NCBI GenBank assembly: GCA_964537315.1
Contig: CAZIAP010000004.1
Span: 14,509 to 78,508 of the forward strand
DNA length: 64,000 bases
Direction: 5' to 3'
DNA from: an uncultured Gammaproteobacteria bacterium
Lineage (GTDB): Bacteria > Patescibacteriota > Microgenomatia > Levybacterales > GWA1-39-11
The notes beneath the pieces are model-generated. The model was not told the origin of the DNA. It saw only the letters and a program-made list of their open reading frames with translations, and did no database searches. The translations under genes were made by a program, and so were the position numbers. Of this stretch, positions 38,269-47,090 are shown one piece after another; position 1 is the first letter of the stretch; the number at the start of each line of letters is the position of its first letter.

Positions 38269-39342
38269 TTATAAAGAAAACTCTCTGAAATTTTTCATGT
38301 CCTCAGATGCGTATAATTTCACATTAATTTCTCGCACAAAATCTATATTTCGTGTATTTATACCTCTATGAATATGAGAATATAACTGAGTAGCTGATTT
38401 GGAGAAGATTCTTTCAAACTTCTTACGATGTAAGTTAAGATCTTCATCTATGAGTGACTGATACTCATCAGTCCATATTTGAATAAATTCATCTTCGGTG
38501 ATTTCTCTATTTTTTATCCGCGAAGCATTCTCCGTAAGTGCCTTTTTTGACCATTTGCCATATATCTTCCATACACCTCGTTCTCCTAATTCTTCTTTAA
38601 TGTATTTAACTCGATTGTGCAATTGTTCTTCTCTTCTGTTTTCTTTAGAATATTTTTCTTTGTTTTCTGTAATTTTATTTTTCATCTCCTCATACGAGTA
38701 TGTAGGGGTTTGTGAAGTGGGTAAAGCCAAGATTTGCCACTCTGGGCAGAGAAGAACCAATCCATTCACTACTCTTCTTTTTCCATGAGGAAATGTGTGA
38801 AGTAAGCGTGAGAAATCAACTGGAGAAAAGAAATGATCGCTTGGATGTGTATGAATTTCAAGCATTGGAAAATTGCCATTCCGTGCAATTTCATAAGCCT
38901 CAGATATAGTGCTAAAAACTTCTCCATGTTTTGCAGAAGAATTGTAGAATCTTTTTTCTTCAGGATCATAAAAAACTATTGAACTTCGTTCGACATCTAC
39001 TTTTTCACTGTATATTTTAATCCTTTCTTCTTCAGCAGCTTCATAAATAGACCGAAAGTTATCCGGAATATCATCAAAATTTAAATGAGAAGTTCTTACT
39101 TCTTCATCAAAAATATATCCTAATTTTTTCTCCCCATATAAATATTCAAAAACAGGAGTATACGAACTCATACTTAGTTCTGACGCAAATTGAATTTTTG
39201 CACTACTATTCAAATCTCCGTATAATAGAAAATCTGTAATGTTTGACGAATCAATGATTGTTGCTTCAGGCTCTTGTTCGGGGACAGGAACCATTGCACG
39301 TGATCTTTCAATAGACATGCGCGTATTATAAGTTAGGATCAT
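38269..39342 (-). CDS. hypothetical protein with JAB/MPN-like HxHPx5Sx2D motif
   Basis: LEIHTHPSDHFFSPVD approximates the JAMM motif H.HP.(6)S..D (one residue short); charged coiled C-terminal half. Confidence 0.4.
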   Translation of the reverse strand: MILTYNTRMSIERSRAMVPVPEQEPEATIIDSSNITDFLLYGDLNSSAKIQFASELSMSSYTPVFEYLYGEKKLGYIFDEEVRTSHLNFDDIPDNFRSIYEAAEEERIKIYSEKVDVERSSIVFYDPEEKRFYNSSAKHGEVFSTISEAYEIARNGNFPMLEIHTHPSDHFFSPVDFSRLLHTFPHGKRRVVNGLVLLCPEWQILALPTSQTPTYSYEEMKNKITENKEKYSKENRREEQLHNRVKYIKEELGERGVWKIYGKWSKKALTENASRIKNREITEDEFIQIWTDEYQSLIDEDLNLHRKKFERIFSKSATQLYSHIHRGINTRNIDFVREINVKLYASEDMKNFREFSL

Positions 39343-39508
39343 CGATATATCAACTTAGCTTTCGTTATCATAGTTAAGATTACCTAAAATATTTGTACAT
39401 TTATCTCTAAATATTCCATTACCCACCACTCTCTTTCCTTATAGTTATTTAATATAAGACATTTGAATGCCTTGACAAATTGATTGGTTAGGTGTATATT
39501 GCCGAGAG

Positions 39509-40333
39509 ATGAAATATTACAGGACTTTTTTAAATTTTGTGAAGCAGCCAATTGCGTTTATCGCTGTGCTCGGTTTATCTTTAATCCTTCTTATCAGCAT
39601 TAGTTCGAGTGTAAACGCACAAAATCCAAGTGTGTGTCCACAAGGAAATGGATGGAGTAATCATATTCAAGGAACAAACCCACAGTACACAGCTCCTACT
39701 GGATTTTTAATAGCAGAGATTTGCATTAAAGGTGGAAACGCGGACAACAGTCCGAACGGATATCTTAAACACTTTACTTCAGATGGTTGGTTTCAAGTTA
39801 CCTACGAAACAAATGGGAACCCACAAAACAGAAAAACAGTTACAAAAAATTGTGTAGGTGGATTTGGAATCGGAACACATCAAGGTGAAGCATTACACGG
39901 TGATGCAGATGGTTATGCATGTGCAGGTATTTCACATGCTTCATTTAGACTAGTCGCAAAAAGTACTCCAACACCAACACCGACTGATACACCGACTCCG
40001 ACTCCAACATTTACACCTACGCCAACTTTGACTTTAACACCAACTGCTACACCAACTCCAACGCTTACGCCAACTGGTACACCATCAGCCACTCTTACTA
40101 TAACACCTACTCCTACAACTGGATCGATTGGTGGTAACAACAACAATAATAATAGTGATAATACAGGATCAGTTGCAGGAGCAACAACTCAACAGACTGG
40201 AGAAATTTTAGGCGCAACTACACTTGCAGGAACTGGAACTGCTCTTACATCATTTGCTAACATGCTTGGTCTAGCGGGTGCAACATTAGTTGGTATCGCA
40301 TCTACTCGCAGTAAAAAAAAACTGCAAAAATAG
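39509..40333 (+). CDS. sortase-substrate surface protein (signal peptide, TP-repeat stalk, LAGTG sorting signal)
   Basis: N-terminal signal/TM, (TPTP)n linker, C-terminal LAGTG + hydrophobic stretch + RSKKK tail = LAXTG-type cell-wall sorting signal; strong TTGACA-17-TATATT promoter at 39470-39498. Confidence 0.65.
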   Translation: MKYYRTFLNFVKQPIAFIAVLGLSLILLISISSSVNAQNPSVCPQGNGWSNHIQGTNPQYTAPTGFLIAEICIKGGNADNSPNGYLKHFTSDGWFQVTYETNGNPQNRKTVTKNCVGGFGIGTHQGEALHGDADGYACAGISHASFRLVAKSTPTPTPTDTPTPTPTFTPTPTLTLTPTATPTPTLTPTGTPSATLTITPTPTTGSIGGNNNNNNSDNTGSVAGATTQQTGEILGATTLAGTGTALTSFANMLGLAGATLVGIASTRSKKKLQK

Positions 40334-40422
40334 TACTCGTAACACTTAAACGATATTTTAAAAAGCTTTCTAAACTCCGTAAGTCCACTGTCAAAAAAAT
40401 TCGTTCGCACTCACTGTTATTT

Positions 40423-40926
40423 ATGACGGGCTTAGCACTTATCTGTAGCTCACAAATAATTAACTCCTATTCACAATCAAAACTTTCATTTTCAGTGGTA
40501 GAAGCTGAAATCACTTCTGAAGTCAAAGACAGGCACAACACCCCTACTTTTATTTCTATTCCAGCTGTTTCTATCGGGTTACCGATCACTCAGACCAGTA
40601 TCATAAATGGGATCTGGGAGATCGATAAAGATGGAGTCTCACACTTAGAGTCATCAGCCTATCCTGGAGAAAACAGTGGAATAATCATGTATGCGCATAA
40701 TACTCATGATCGTTTTGGAAATTTACATTCAGTTAAAATTGGTGACGAAATCGCTGTGACAACACGAAATAGCAAACTGGCTAAATACAAAGTAGCTTCA
40801 ATATCGGTCGTTACTCCAAATGATGTAAATGCACTGATAACCGATAGTGAATCGCTAATTCTCTATACCTGTACAGGTTTTGCAGATCTTAAACGATTGG
40901 TAGTTAAAGCAAAACCAGCAAACTAA
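40423..40926 (+). CDS. sortase (class E-like)
   Basis: Catalytic His YAHNTHDRF, TLxTC motif LILYTCTG; adjacent to LAXTG substrate. Confidence 0.8.
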   Translation: MTGLALICSSQIINSYSQSKLSFSVVEAEITSEVKDRHNTPTFISIPAVSIGLPITQTSIINGIWEIDKDGVSHLESSAYPGENSGIIMYAHNTHDRFGNLHSVKIGDEIAVTTRNSKLAKYKVASISVVTPNDVNALITDSESLILYTCTGFADLKRLVVKAKPAN

Positions 40927-41321
40927 GTTGATTTATTAAAATTTAGTGCTGCAGAATTGATACAAAATCTTTTACCAGTAGTCTCTTGAGGTCCATCATC
41001 AAACACATGTCCTAAATGTCCGCCACAATTACTGCACAACACTTCTATCCTGTGCATTCCAAAACTCCAATCATCTTTGAACTCTACATTTCCTTCCAAT
41101 GATCTATCAAATGACGGCCATCCACAATCAGAGTGAAATTTTGTGTCAGATGAAAAAAGCTCTTGTCCACATGCTGCACACTCATACATCCCAGTTTCAA
41201 AGTTGTTGTTAAATTTTCCGGTAAAAGGAGCTTCAGTTCCCTTCTGACGCAATACCTTATACTGCTCTGGACTCAATTTTTCTTTCCAATAATCATCTGG
41301 CTTATTTTTAAAGTCATTCAT
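40923..41321 (-). CDS. msrB: peptide-methionine (R)-S-oxide reductase
   Basis: Two CxxC zinc pairs (CAACGQ, CSNCGGH) and GHVFDDGP; catalytic RxCxN-type region HSDCGWPSF. Confidence 0.92.
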   Translation of the reverse strand: MNDFKNKPDDYWKEKLSPEQYKVLRQKGTEAPFTGKFNNNFETGMYECAACGQELFSSDTKFHSDCGWPSFDRSLEGNVEFKDDWSFGMHRIEVLCSNCGGHLGHVFDDGPQETTGKRFCINSAALNFNKST

Positions 41322-41382
41322 ACATATATTATACCCTACCCGTAAACCAACCTATTCTGCATAACTTTGATATAATTGCCTC

Positions 41383-42255
41383 ATGACTTCTCAAATTGTA
41401 GAATTTTTAACTCCTGAAAAAATAATACTTACCGGACTACATTTAGGAAACCCCAAATCGCAGACCTGTTATATTTTCATTCATGGTCTCGGAGGCAATG
41501 TCTTTTCAATGCGTGAACTTGCATCTCTGCTAGTCAGTGATAACTCCTCTGCTCTGCTTTTTAATAACCGAGGACATGACCTTATTTGTCGCATGAAAAA
41601 AGTCGATAAGAGAAAAAAGAAAGGTACAACTTCATTTCTTGGTGGTGCAGCACACGAAGTCTTTACAGAGTGCGAAGATGACATTGAAGGCGCGGTTCAG
41701 TATGCTAAATCTCAAGGTGCAAAAAATATTGTTCTTGTAGGCCATTCAACCGGTAGTCAAAAATCAATTTATTATTTATCAAAAAGAAATAATCAAAAGA
41801 AAATAAAAGCTGTTGTTCTCCTAAGTCCTTTAAGTGATTTTGCAGGCATCGTCAGTCAACTTTCAGTTGAGGACTACAAAAACTTACTTAAAATCTCAGA
41901 AGCATTAGTAATGCAAGGAACACCTCATCAATTATTACCAACTTCTATTTGGCCTCAACTGGCTGACGCGCAACGCTTTTTAAGTCTTGCCACACCAATG
42001 AGTGAAGAAGAAATATTTTCTTATTACGACCCAAGTAAAAAAAGTGTTTTCTCGTCGATTAAGACTCCACTACTTGTGATCTTCGGTCAAAAAGATGAAT
42101 ACCGTGATCGTCCAATAAAAAAGATCGTACAATGGTTTGATACTCATCAAAGCTCATCTAATTACCATTCAGAAATTATTCCTGATGGAAACCATGGATT
42201 TGACGGTAATGAAAATAAAGTTGCCCAGATAATATTAAGTAAGACTGCTAAATAG
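41383..42255 (+). CDS. alpha/beta hydrolase (cytoplasmic)
   Basis: HG.GG oxyanion region IHGLGGN, nucleophile elbow GHSTGS, C-terminal His HGF. Confidence 0.75.
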   Translation: MTSQIVEFLTPEKIILTGLHLGNPKSQTCYIFIHGLGGNVFSMRELASLLVSDNSSALLFNNRGHDLICRMKKVDKRKKKGTTSFLGGAAHEVFTECEDDIEGAVQYAKSQGAKNIVLVGHSTGSQKSIYYLSKRNNQKKIKAVVLLSPLSDFAGIVSQLSVEDYKNLLKISEALVMQGTPHQLLPTSIWPQLADAQRFLSLATPMSEEEIFSYYDPSKKSVFSSIKTPLLVIFGQKDEYRDRPIKKIVQWFDTHQSSSNYHSEIIPDGNHGFDGNENKVAQIILSKTAK

Positions 42256-42290
42256 TTGCATTCTCTTCTTAGATCATCAATAATTAGGCC

Positions 42291-43418
42291 ATGAAACGTA
42301 CAGTAATATTTGGACTGATATTTGTTTTTGTAATTGGAATAACCTTGTTTCTCCGAGAGACCGACTACCTCAGCCGTCAGCAAGATATACCCACACTCCG
42401 AGAAATTAGCAATCAAGACTCGGCTGACCTCCCTCGACTTACTACCATTGCAGAAAACTTAGAAATACCTTGGGGATTAGTGTTTTTGCCTGATAATAAC
42501 CTTCTTGTAACAGAAAGACCTGGACGAGTTGTTCATATAAACCTGCAGTCAGGAAAGCAGACTCTAGTAGCAACTTTACCAGAAGTAGTACATATTGGTG
42601 AAGGAGGCCTTCTGGGAATAGAACTCCACCCAGAATTTGAAAGAAACAACTTTATTTACCTTTATTACACCTATCAAAACAATGGAAACAACACGCTCAA
42701 TCGCATAGTTAGAATGACATATGAGAACCAACAGCTTGATAATGAAACGATTATACTTGACCGTATTCCCGGCGCTTCAAACCATAACGGAGGGCAGATA
42801 AAGTTTGGTCCTGATAACTTTTTATATATCACTACAGGAGACGCCCAGATACCTAGCTCAGCTCAAAACATTCAATCACTAGCAGGAAAAATTTTGCGAG
42901 TATCCGATGATGGAAAACCGGCTCCCGGAAACCCATTTAATAACGAAGTGTACTCATACGGACATCGAAACCCTCAAGGCATTTGTTGGGATGAAAACGA
43001 TCAGATGTTTGCTACTGAGCACGGAAGATCAGGCGCTCAATCAGGACTTGATGAACTTAACTTAATAAGACCTGGAATCAACTACGGGTGGCCAGAAATT
43101 CAAGGAAACGAAACACATAATGAAATGCAGACTCCACTACTCAACAGTGGAACTACTACTTGGGCACCTGCAGGAGCTGTGTGTATAAACAACCAAATAT
43201 ATTTTGGAGGGCTAAGAGGAAACGCACTTTATGAAGCAGTAACTCAAGGCGATACTGTAGAGCTAAAGACACATCTTGACGGAGAGCTAGGACGTATCAG
43301 AGCAGTAATACTTGGACCTGATGAGATGCTATATATTTCTACCAGCAACCGTGACGGCCGCGGTACACCAAGTAGTGGGGATGATAAAATAATAAGAGTC
43401 AACCTAGAGAAGCTATAA
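42291..43418 (+). CDS. PQQ-dependent soluble sugar (glucose/sorbosone) dehydrogenase, beta-propeller
   Basis: N-terminal TM; LEIPWGLVFLPDNNLLVTERPGRV and GGLLGIELHP motifs of YliI/sGDH family. Confidence 0.85.
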   Translation: MKRTVIFGLIFVFVIGITLFLRETDYLSRQQDIPTLREISNQDSADLPRLTTIAENLEIPWGLVFLPDNNLLVTERPGRVVHINLQSGKQTLVATLPEVVHIGEGGLLGIELHPEFERNNFIYLYYTYQNNGNNTLNRIVRMTYENQQLDNETIILDRIPGASNHNGGQIKFGPDNFLYITTGDAQIPSSAQNIQSLAGKILRVSDDGKPAPGNPFNNEVYSYGHRNPQGICWDENDQMFATEHGRSGAQSGLDELNLIRPGINYGWPEIQGNETHNEMQTPLLNSGTTTWAPAGAVCINNQIYFGGLRGNALYEAVTQGDTVELKTHLDGELGRIRAVILGPDEMLYISTSNRDGRGTPSSGDDKIIRVNLEKL

Positions 43419-43543
43419 ATTTCTAATTGCACTAATTATTCTAATTGACCTAAATAAGTACAACGCTTAAATTAGTTTATTATATAATTGGGTTTTGTTT
43501 AGAAATTAGAGAAATTAGCTTAATTAGATTAATTTATATAATA

Positions 43544-44101
43544 ATGCATAAATACCCTTTCATTATCCTGGCAGTCATCATCATAGTTTCAGTTTACTTA
43601 GTTCTCTTCGGAAACGTAGATACACCTCAAACAACAAAAAGTTCAGTTGTCACAGACTCAAGTCCCACAAACGAAGAATTCAGTGATTATACCGCGGCAT
43701 TTCTTGTAGTCACAAACGGATTGTCTCGTGATTTTTCAGCATCCAGATACCATAACTTATCACAGAGTGTTTATATCACATCTCAAAATCCCCAGATAGT
43801 TCATGTTCAAAAGCCAAATATAACCTGGCAGGATTTTTTCAGCACGTTACCTATGGGATTATCATCTAGCTGTTTAACTACCGGAACAGGTCAAAATTTT
43901 TGTGATGAACAGGGAGGATCACTCCGTTTCTTTTTAAATGGTAATGAAGCTCCCAGAGCATTAGAAGCAGTAATTCAGCCCAATGACAAATTATTAGTAA
44001 CCTTCGGTAATGCTTCTGACAACGAAATACAACTTCAGATCAAACGGATTGATGACCCACAGCCTGACGTTTCGTCAAAGGCTGAGAAAGAGGAAGAGTA
44101 A
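43544..44101 (+). CDS. membrane-anchored hypothetical protein
   Basis: N-terminal TM, 185 aa, no motif recognised. Confidence 0.45.
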   Translation: MHKYPFIILAVIIIVSVYLVLFGNVDTPQTTKSSVVTDSSPTNEEFSDYTAAFLVVTNGLSRDFSASRYHNLSQSVYITSQNPQIVHVQKPNITWQDFFSTLPMGLSSSCLTTGTGQNFCDEQGGSLRFFLNGNEAPRALEAVIQPNDKLLVTFGNASDNEIQLQIKRIDDPQPDVSSKAEKEEE

Positions 44102-45806
44102 AGAAAAAAGTTGAACCCTTATTTTCTTTTGATTCTACCCATATCTTCCCTTTATGTTCTTTTATTATGCTTGCCGATACATAGAGACCAATTCCCAAGC
44201 TTTGCTTATTACCATTATTCTCAACTTGATAGAATCTATCAAAAACTTTAGATTGTTCTTCTTTAGGAATTCCCTGACCAAAATCTTTCACGCTTATCAT
44301 CGCTTTTCCATCTTGGATTTTACTGGTAACTATCACTTTAGATTTTGATGGTGAGTACTTTAATGCATTGTTTACTAGGTTAGTAATCACTTGCATAACT
44401 CTTGTTTTATCTGCAAACACTTCTCTTTTCAAATTATTTTTCAAAACTATTTCCCTTTGAGGCTTTGTTTTTTGAAAGGTTTCTACTACCTCTTCAATTA
44501 CTTTTGCTAAATCAAGTTGCTCAGGATTTAATGTTATTCCTCCATTTCGTAACCGTGATAAATCAAGCAAATCATTTGTCAGTACAAGCATTCGATTTAC
44601 TTGATCCTGCAATTTTTTTGCCACAGTGTGCTCTGGCGTATTAGGTGAAATTTTTGCTGTTAAAATGTCAGCATAAAGTTTTATACTGGTAATAGGGGTT
44701 TTTAGCTCGTGGCTTGCCACACTGATAAACTCATCTTTGCTTTCTTCCCTCTTTTTCTCTTCACGAATATCTTTTACAACTACAGTCGCGCCTACTACTT
44801 TATGGTTCAGCTCAATTGGTGTAACACTTACTGATACCGGAATTTTTTTATGTTTACTTTTAATCATAAAGCTGGATGAGGTAAACTTTCTACCTGATTG
44901 TATTGATCTCAAAAACCTGTCTTCATCCACAGAGTTTTTAGATGAAATTAAAGTATGTACCTTTTTACCAACTACTTCAGTTGGGTGCCTTCCGATTAGT
45001 TCACCAAGCGCATTATTAGAATTCCCTATTCTTCCTTTAAGATTTACTGAAATAACACCATCACTGATACTAGAAAGTATTGTGTGCGCTTCAATATCAA
45101 ACAGCTCGTATCGTAATATTGCGTATCCAATGATAATACCCATGAAGGTAGTTAGCGGAACAGCAGCCGGGAAAATATAAATTTCAAACAATGGTAAAAC
45201 TCCGTCAGTAATTGAACCAAGTATGAGAGGTACAAGAATAGCAATAATAAGTAGTACTACCTGCTTTCTCTGTATGTAGTTTTTAACAGATCTATAATAA
45301 ACGATGAGTATACCGATCGATGCTACCATTAGAGACTCAAGCCAAAAAAGAAAGTATGAAAAATACTCACCTGGCCGCGAGTTATAACCCCATTGATTGA
45401 TCACTATGGCCTCTTGGCTATGATTATCTATTAAAAAAGTTGTCCAGGATAAATATAAAAATACAATTGAGGGTATAAAAACATACGCTGACACCCATAT
45501 TTTTTTTAAATAATCTAATTTCTTTGTAAAGGCCAGTGAGAATACAAAAAATACTGAGGGAAGGGTAACGTACCCTAGAGCAGATATTCTATCGACACGC
45601 TCGTACAAATCCTGATGCAAACCCATCCAATTTATAATAATTTGGGGCACACTCCAGACAGTAATCGCAACTATAAATAAAGCAAACGAAACTAACACAG
45701 GAGAGCGCACAGGCCGACGAATTAATAGATATAGTAATGCTAAGTTTGTGATCGCGGCCGCGATAAGCAAAGCAGTATATATTTCAGCCATAAATTCATG
45801 ACACAA
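44040..45806 (-). CDS. sensor histidine kinase with N-terminal 7-TM sensor, PAS-like linker, HisKA and HATPase_c
   Basis: H-box SVASHELKTPITSIKLYADIL, N/G1/G2 boxes (LVNNALKYS, DFGQGIP, GLGL); no adjacent cognate regulator. Confidence 0.85.
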   Translation of the reverse strand: MCHEFMAEIYTALLIAAAITNLALLYLLIRRPVRSPVLVSFALFIVAITVWSVPQIIINWMGLHQDLYERVDRISALGYVTLPSVFFVFSLAFTKKLDYLKKIWVSAYVFIPSIVFLYLSWTTFLIDNHSQEAIVINQWGYNSRPGEYFSYFLFWLESLMVASIGILIVYYRSVKNYIQRKQVVLLIIAILVPLILGSITDGVLPLFEIYIFPAAVPLTTFMGIIIGYAILRYELFDIEAHTILSSISDGVISVNLKGRIGNSNNALGELIGRHPTEVVGKKVHTLISSKNSVDEDRFLRSIQSGRKFTSSSFMIKSKHKKIPVSVSVTPIELNHKVVGATVVVKDIREEKKREESKDEFISVASHELKTPITSIKLYADILTAKISPNTPEHTVAKKLQDQVNRMLVLTNDLLDLSRLRNGGITLNPEQLDLAKVIEEVVETFQKTKPQREIVLKNNLKREVFADKTRVMQVITNLVNNALKYSPSKSKVIVTSKIQDGKAMISVKDFGQGIPKEEQSKVFDRFYQVENNGNKQSLGIGLYVSASIIKEHKGKIWVESKENKGSTFFFTLPLSQPLTKRQAVGHQSV

Positions 45807-45872
45807 AAATGTATCGGCATTATTGTATCATACCGAGGTTTATTATTCTCTATATCTAAAGAACGACGTGAG

Positions 45873-46373
45873 TTACTCTTCTACTATTAGTGTACCTACC
45901 ATTCCCATCTGTCTATGATCTCCTACGCTGCAGTAGTACTCAAATTCTCCTGCTTTGTCAGCTACGAACACTACACTCTCTGCCTCACCTGCAGACAGCA
46001 TCTGAGTACGTGCATCAAATTCATCAATCACCCAATCGTGCATATCAGATTCACTGCTTAGTGTGACTCGTACTGTATCACCAACCTTAACTCGTATTTC
46101 TTTTTGACTAAACTGAAAGTTACTTGCAGTAATCGCAAAATCTTTAATACCTTCTTCTTCCATCATTGAAGTCTCATCGCTCTGATTTGTATTTGTATCT
46201 TCTGTCATATCTCTTTGTTCTACAGTAGATCCATCATCTGTATTTCTTTGAGACTGAGTCATATACAACAAGCCACCAATAGCAAATAATATCACTACTG
46301 CGACTAATGCTAGAACCCCTACATTCATTCTTCCTAATGATTGCTTCATATATGTCACCTCCCTTCGCCTCAC
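45873..46373 (-). CDS. membrane-anchored cupredoxin_1 domain protein
   Basis: C-terminal GEFEYYCSVGDHRQMGMVGTLIV matches cupredoxin_1 signature; N-terminal TM. Confidence 0.75.
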   Translation of the reverse strand: MRRREVTYMKQSLGRMNVGVLALVAVVILFAIGGLLYMTQSQRNTDDGSTVEQRDMTEDTNTNQSDETSMMEEEGIKDFAITASNFQFSQKEIRVKVGDTVRVTLSSESDMHDWVIDEFDARTQMLSAGEAESVVFVADKAGEFEYYCSVGDHRQMGMVGTLIVEE

Positions 46374-46385
46374 GTAATTTTTCGC

Positions 46386-47090
46386 TTAATACCCTGCGAA
46401 GTCTTCTCTATTAATCTTATCATCATTTACACCCAGAGATATAAGCATATTTTCTATTTCATGACCCATATTTTCAGGACCAACTATATAAAACAGAGCA
46501 GATTTCATATCCGGTACATATTGGTTTATTATCTCTACATTGATCCGACCCTGAAAACCTGGCCAATTTTTGTCTTGTGACATATTATGTATAACCTTTA
46601 AGTTAGTAAGGTTTTCTTCAAGCGCCTCTAATTCATCAAAATAAGGTGTGCTGTCTTTTAACTTATTAGAATAAAAAAGAGTTACTGAATTCTCTTTTCC
46701 TGAGTCTTTCATCCACCTCATCATGCTCATAAAAGGGTTTATGCCTATTCCTCCTGCAATAAATACCAGGGGAATATCAGTACTTTCCGGAAAAACTAAA
46801 TCTCCCTCTGGACTGCTTACATCTATCTGACCACCTAACGGTAGGGCATGTAGCTCTTTTTTAAACCCTGATTCTCTTAAACGGGTAGCGACTGAAATTT
46901 TATTTTTCTCTGCAGGAGAACTGGCAATAGTAAAATATCTGCGTGATCCTTGATAGTCAGGGAATTTTGGATTTTTAAAGGTTAAGAATACGTACTGACC
47001 TGCCTGAAACAATATTGGTTCTGATAATTCAAAAGTATATTCAAAAGTTTCAACACACAGTTCTCTTTTATTTATCAATGACCCTACCAT
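46386..47090 (-). CDS. FAD/NAD(P)-binding FNR-like oxidoreductase (paralog of 13224..13943)
   Basis: RYFTIASSP FAD motif, GGIGINPF NAD motif; start codon overlaps stop of zwf-gnd fusion. Confidence 0.75.
   Translation of the reverse strand: MVGSLINKRELCVETFEYTFELSEPILFQAGQYVFLTFKNPKFPDYQGSRRYFTIASSPAEKNKISVATRLRESGFKKELHALPLGGQIDVSSPEGDLVFPESTDIPLVFIAGGIGINPFMSMMRWMKDSGKENSVTLFYSNKLKDSTPYFDELEALEENLTNLKVIHNMSQDKNWPGFQGRINVEIINQYVPDMKSALFYIVGPENMGHEIENMLISLGVNDDKINREDFAGY

Noticed and set aside
39913-40410. Minus-strand ORFs (77 and 73 aa) composed of GV/VG repeats
   Set aside because: Antisense to the (TPTP)n-encoding repeats of the surface protein; compositional artefact.
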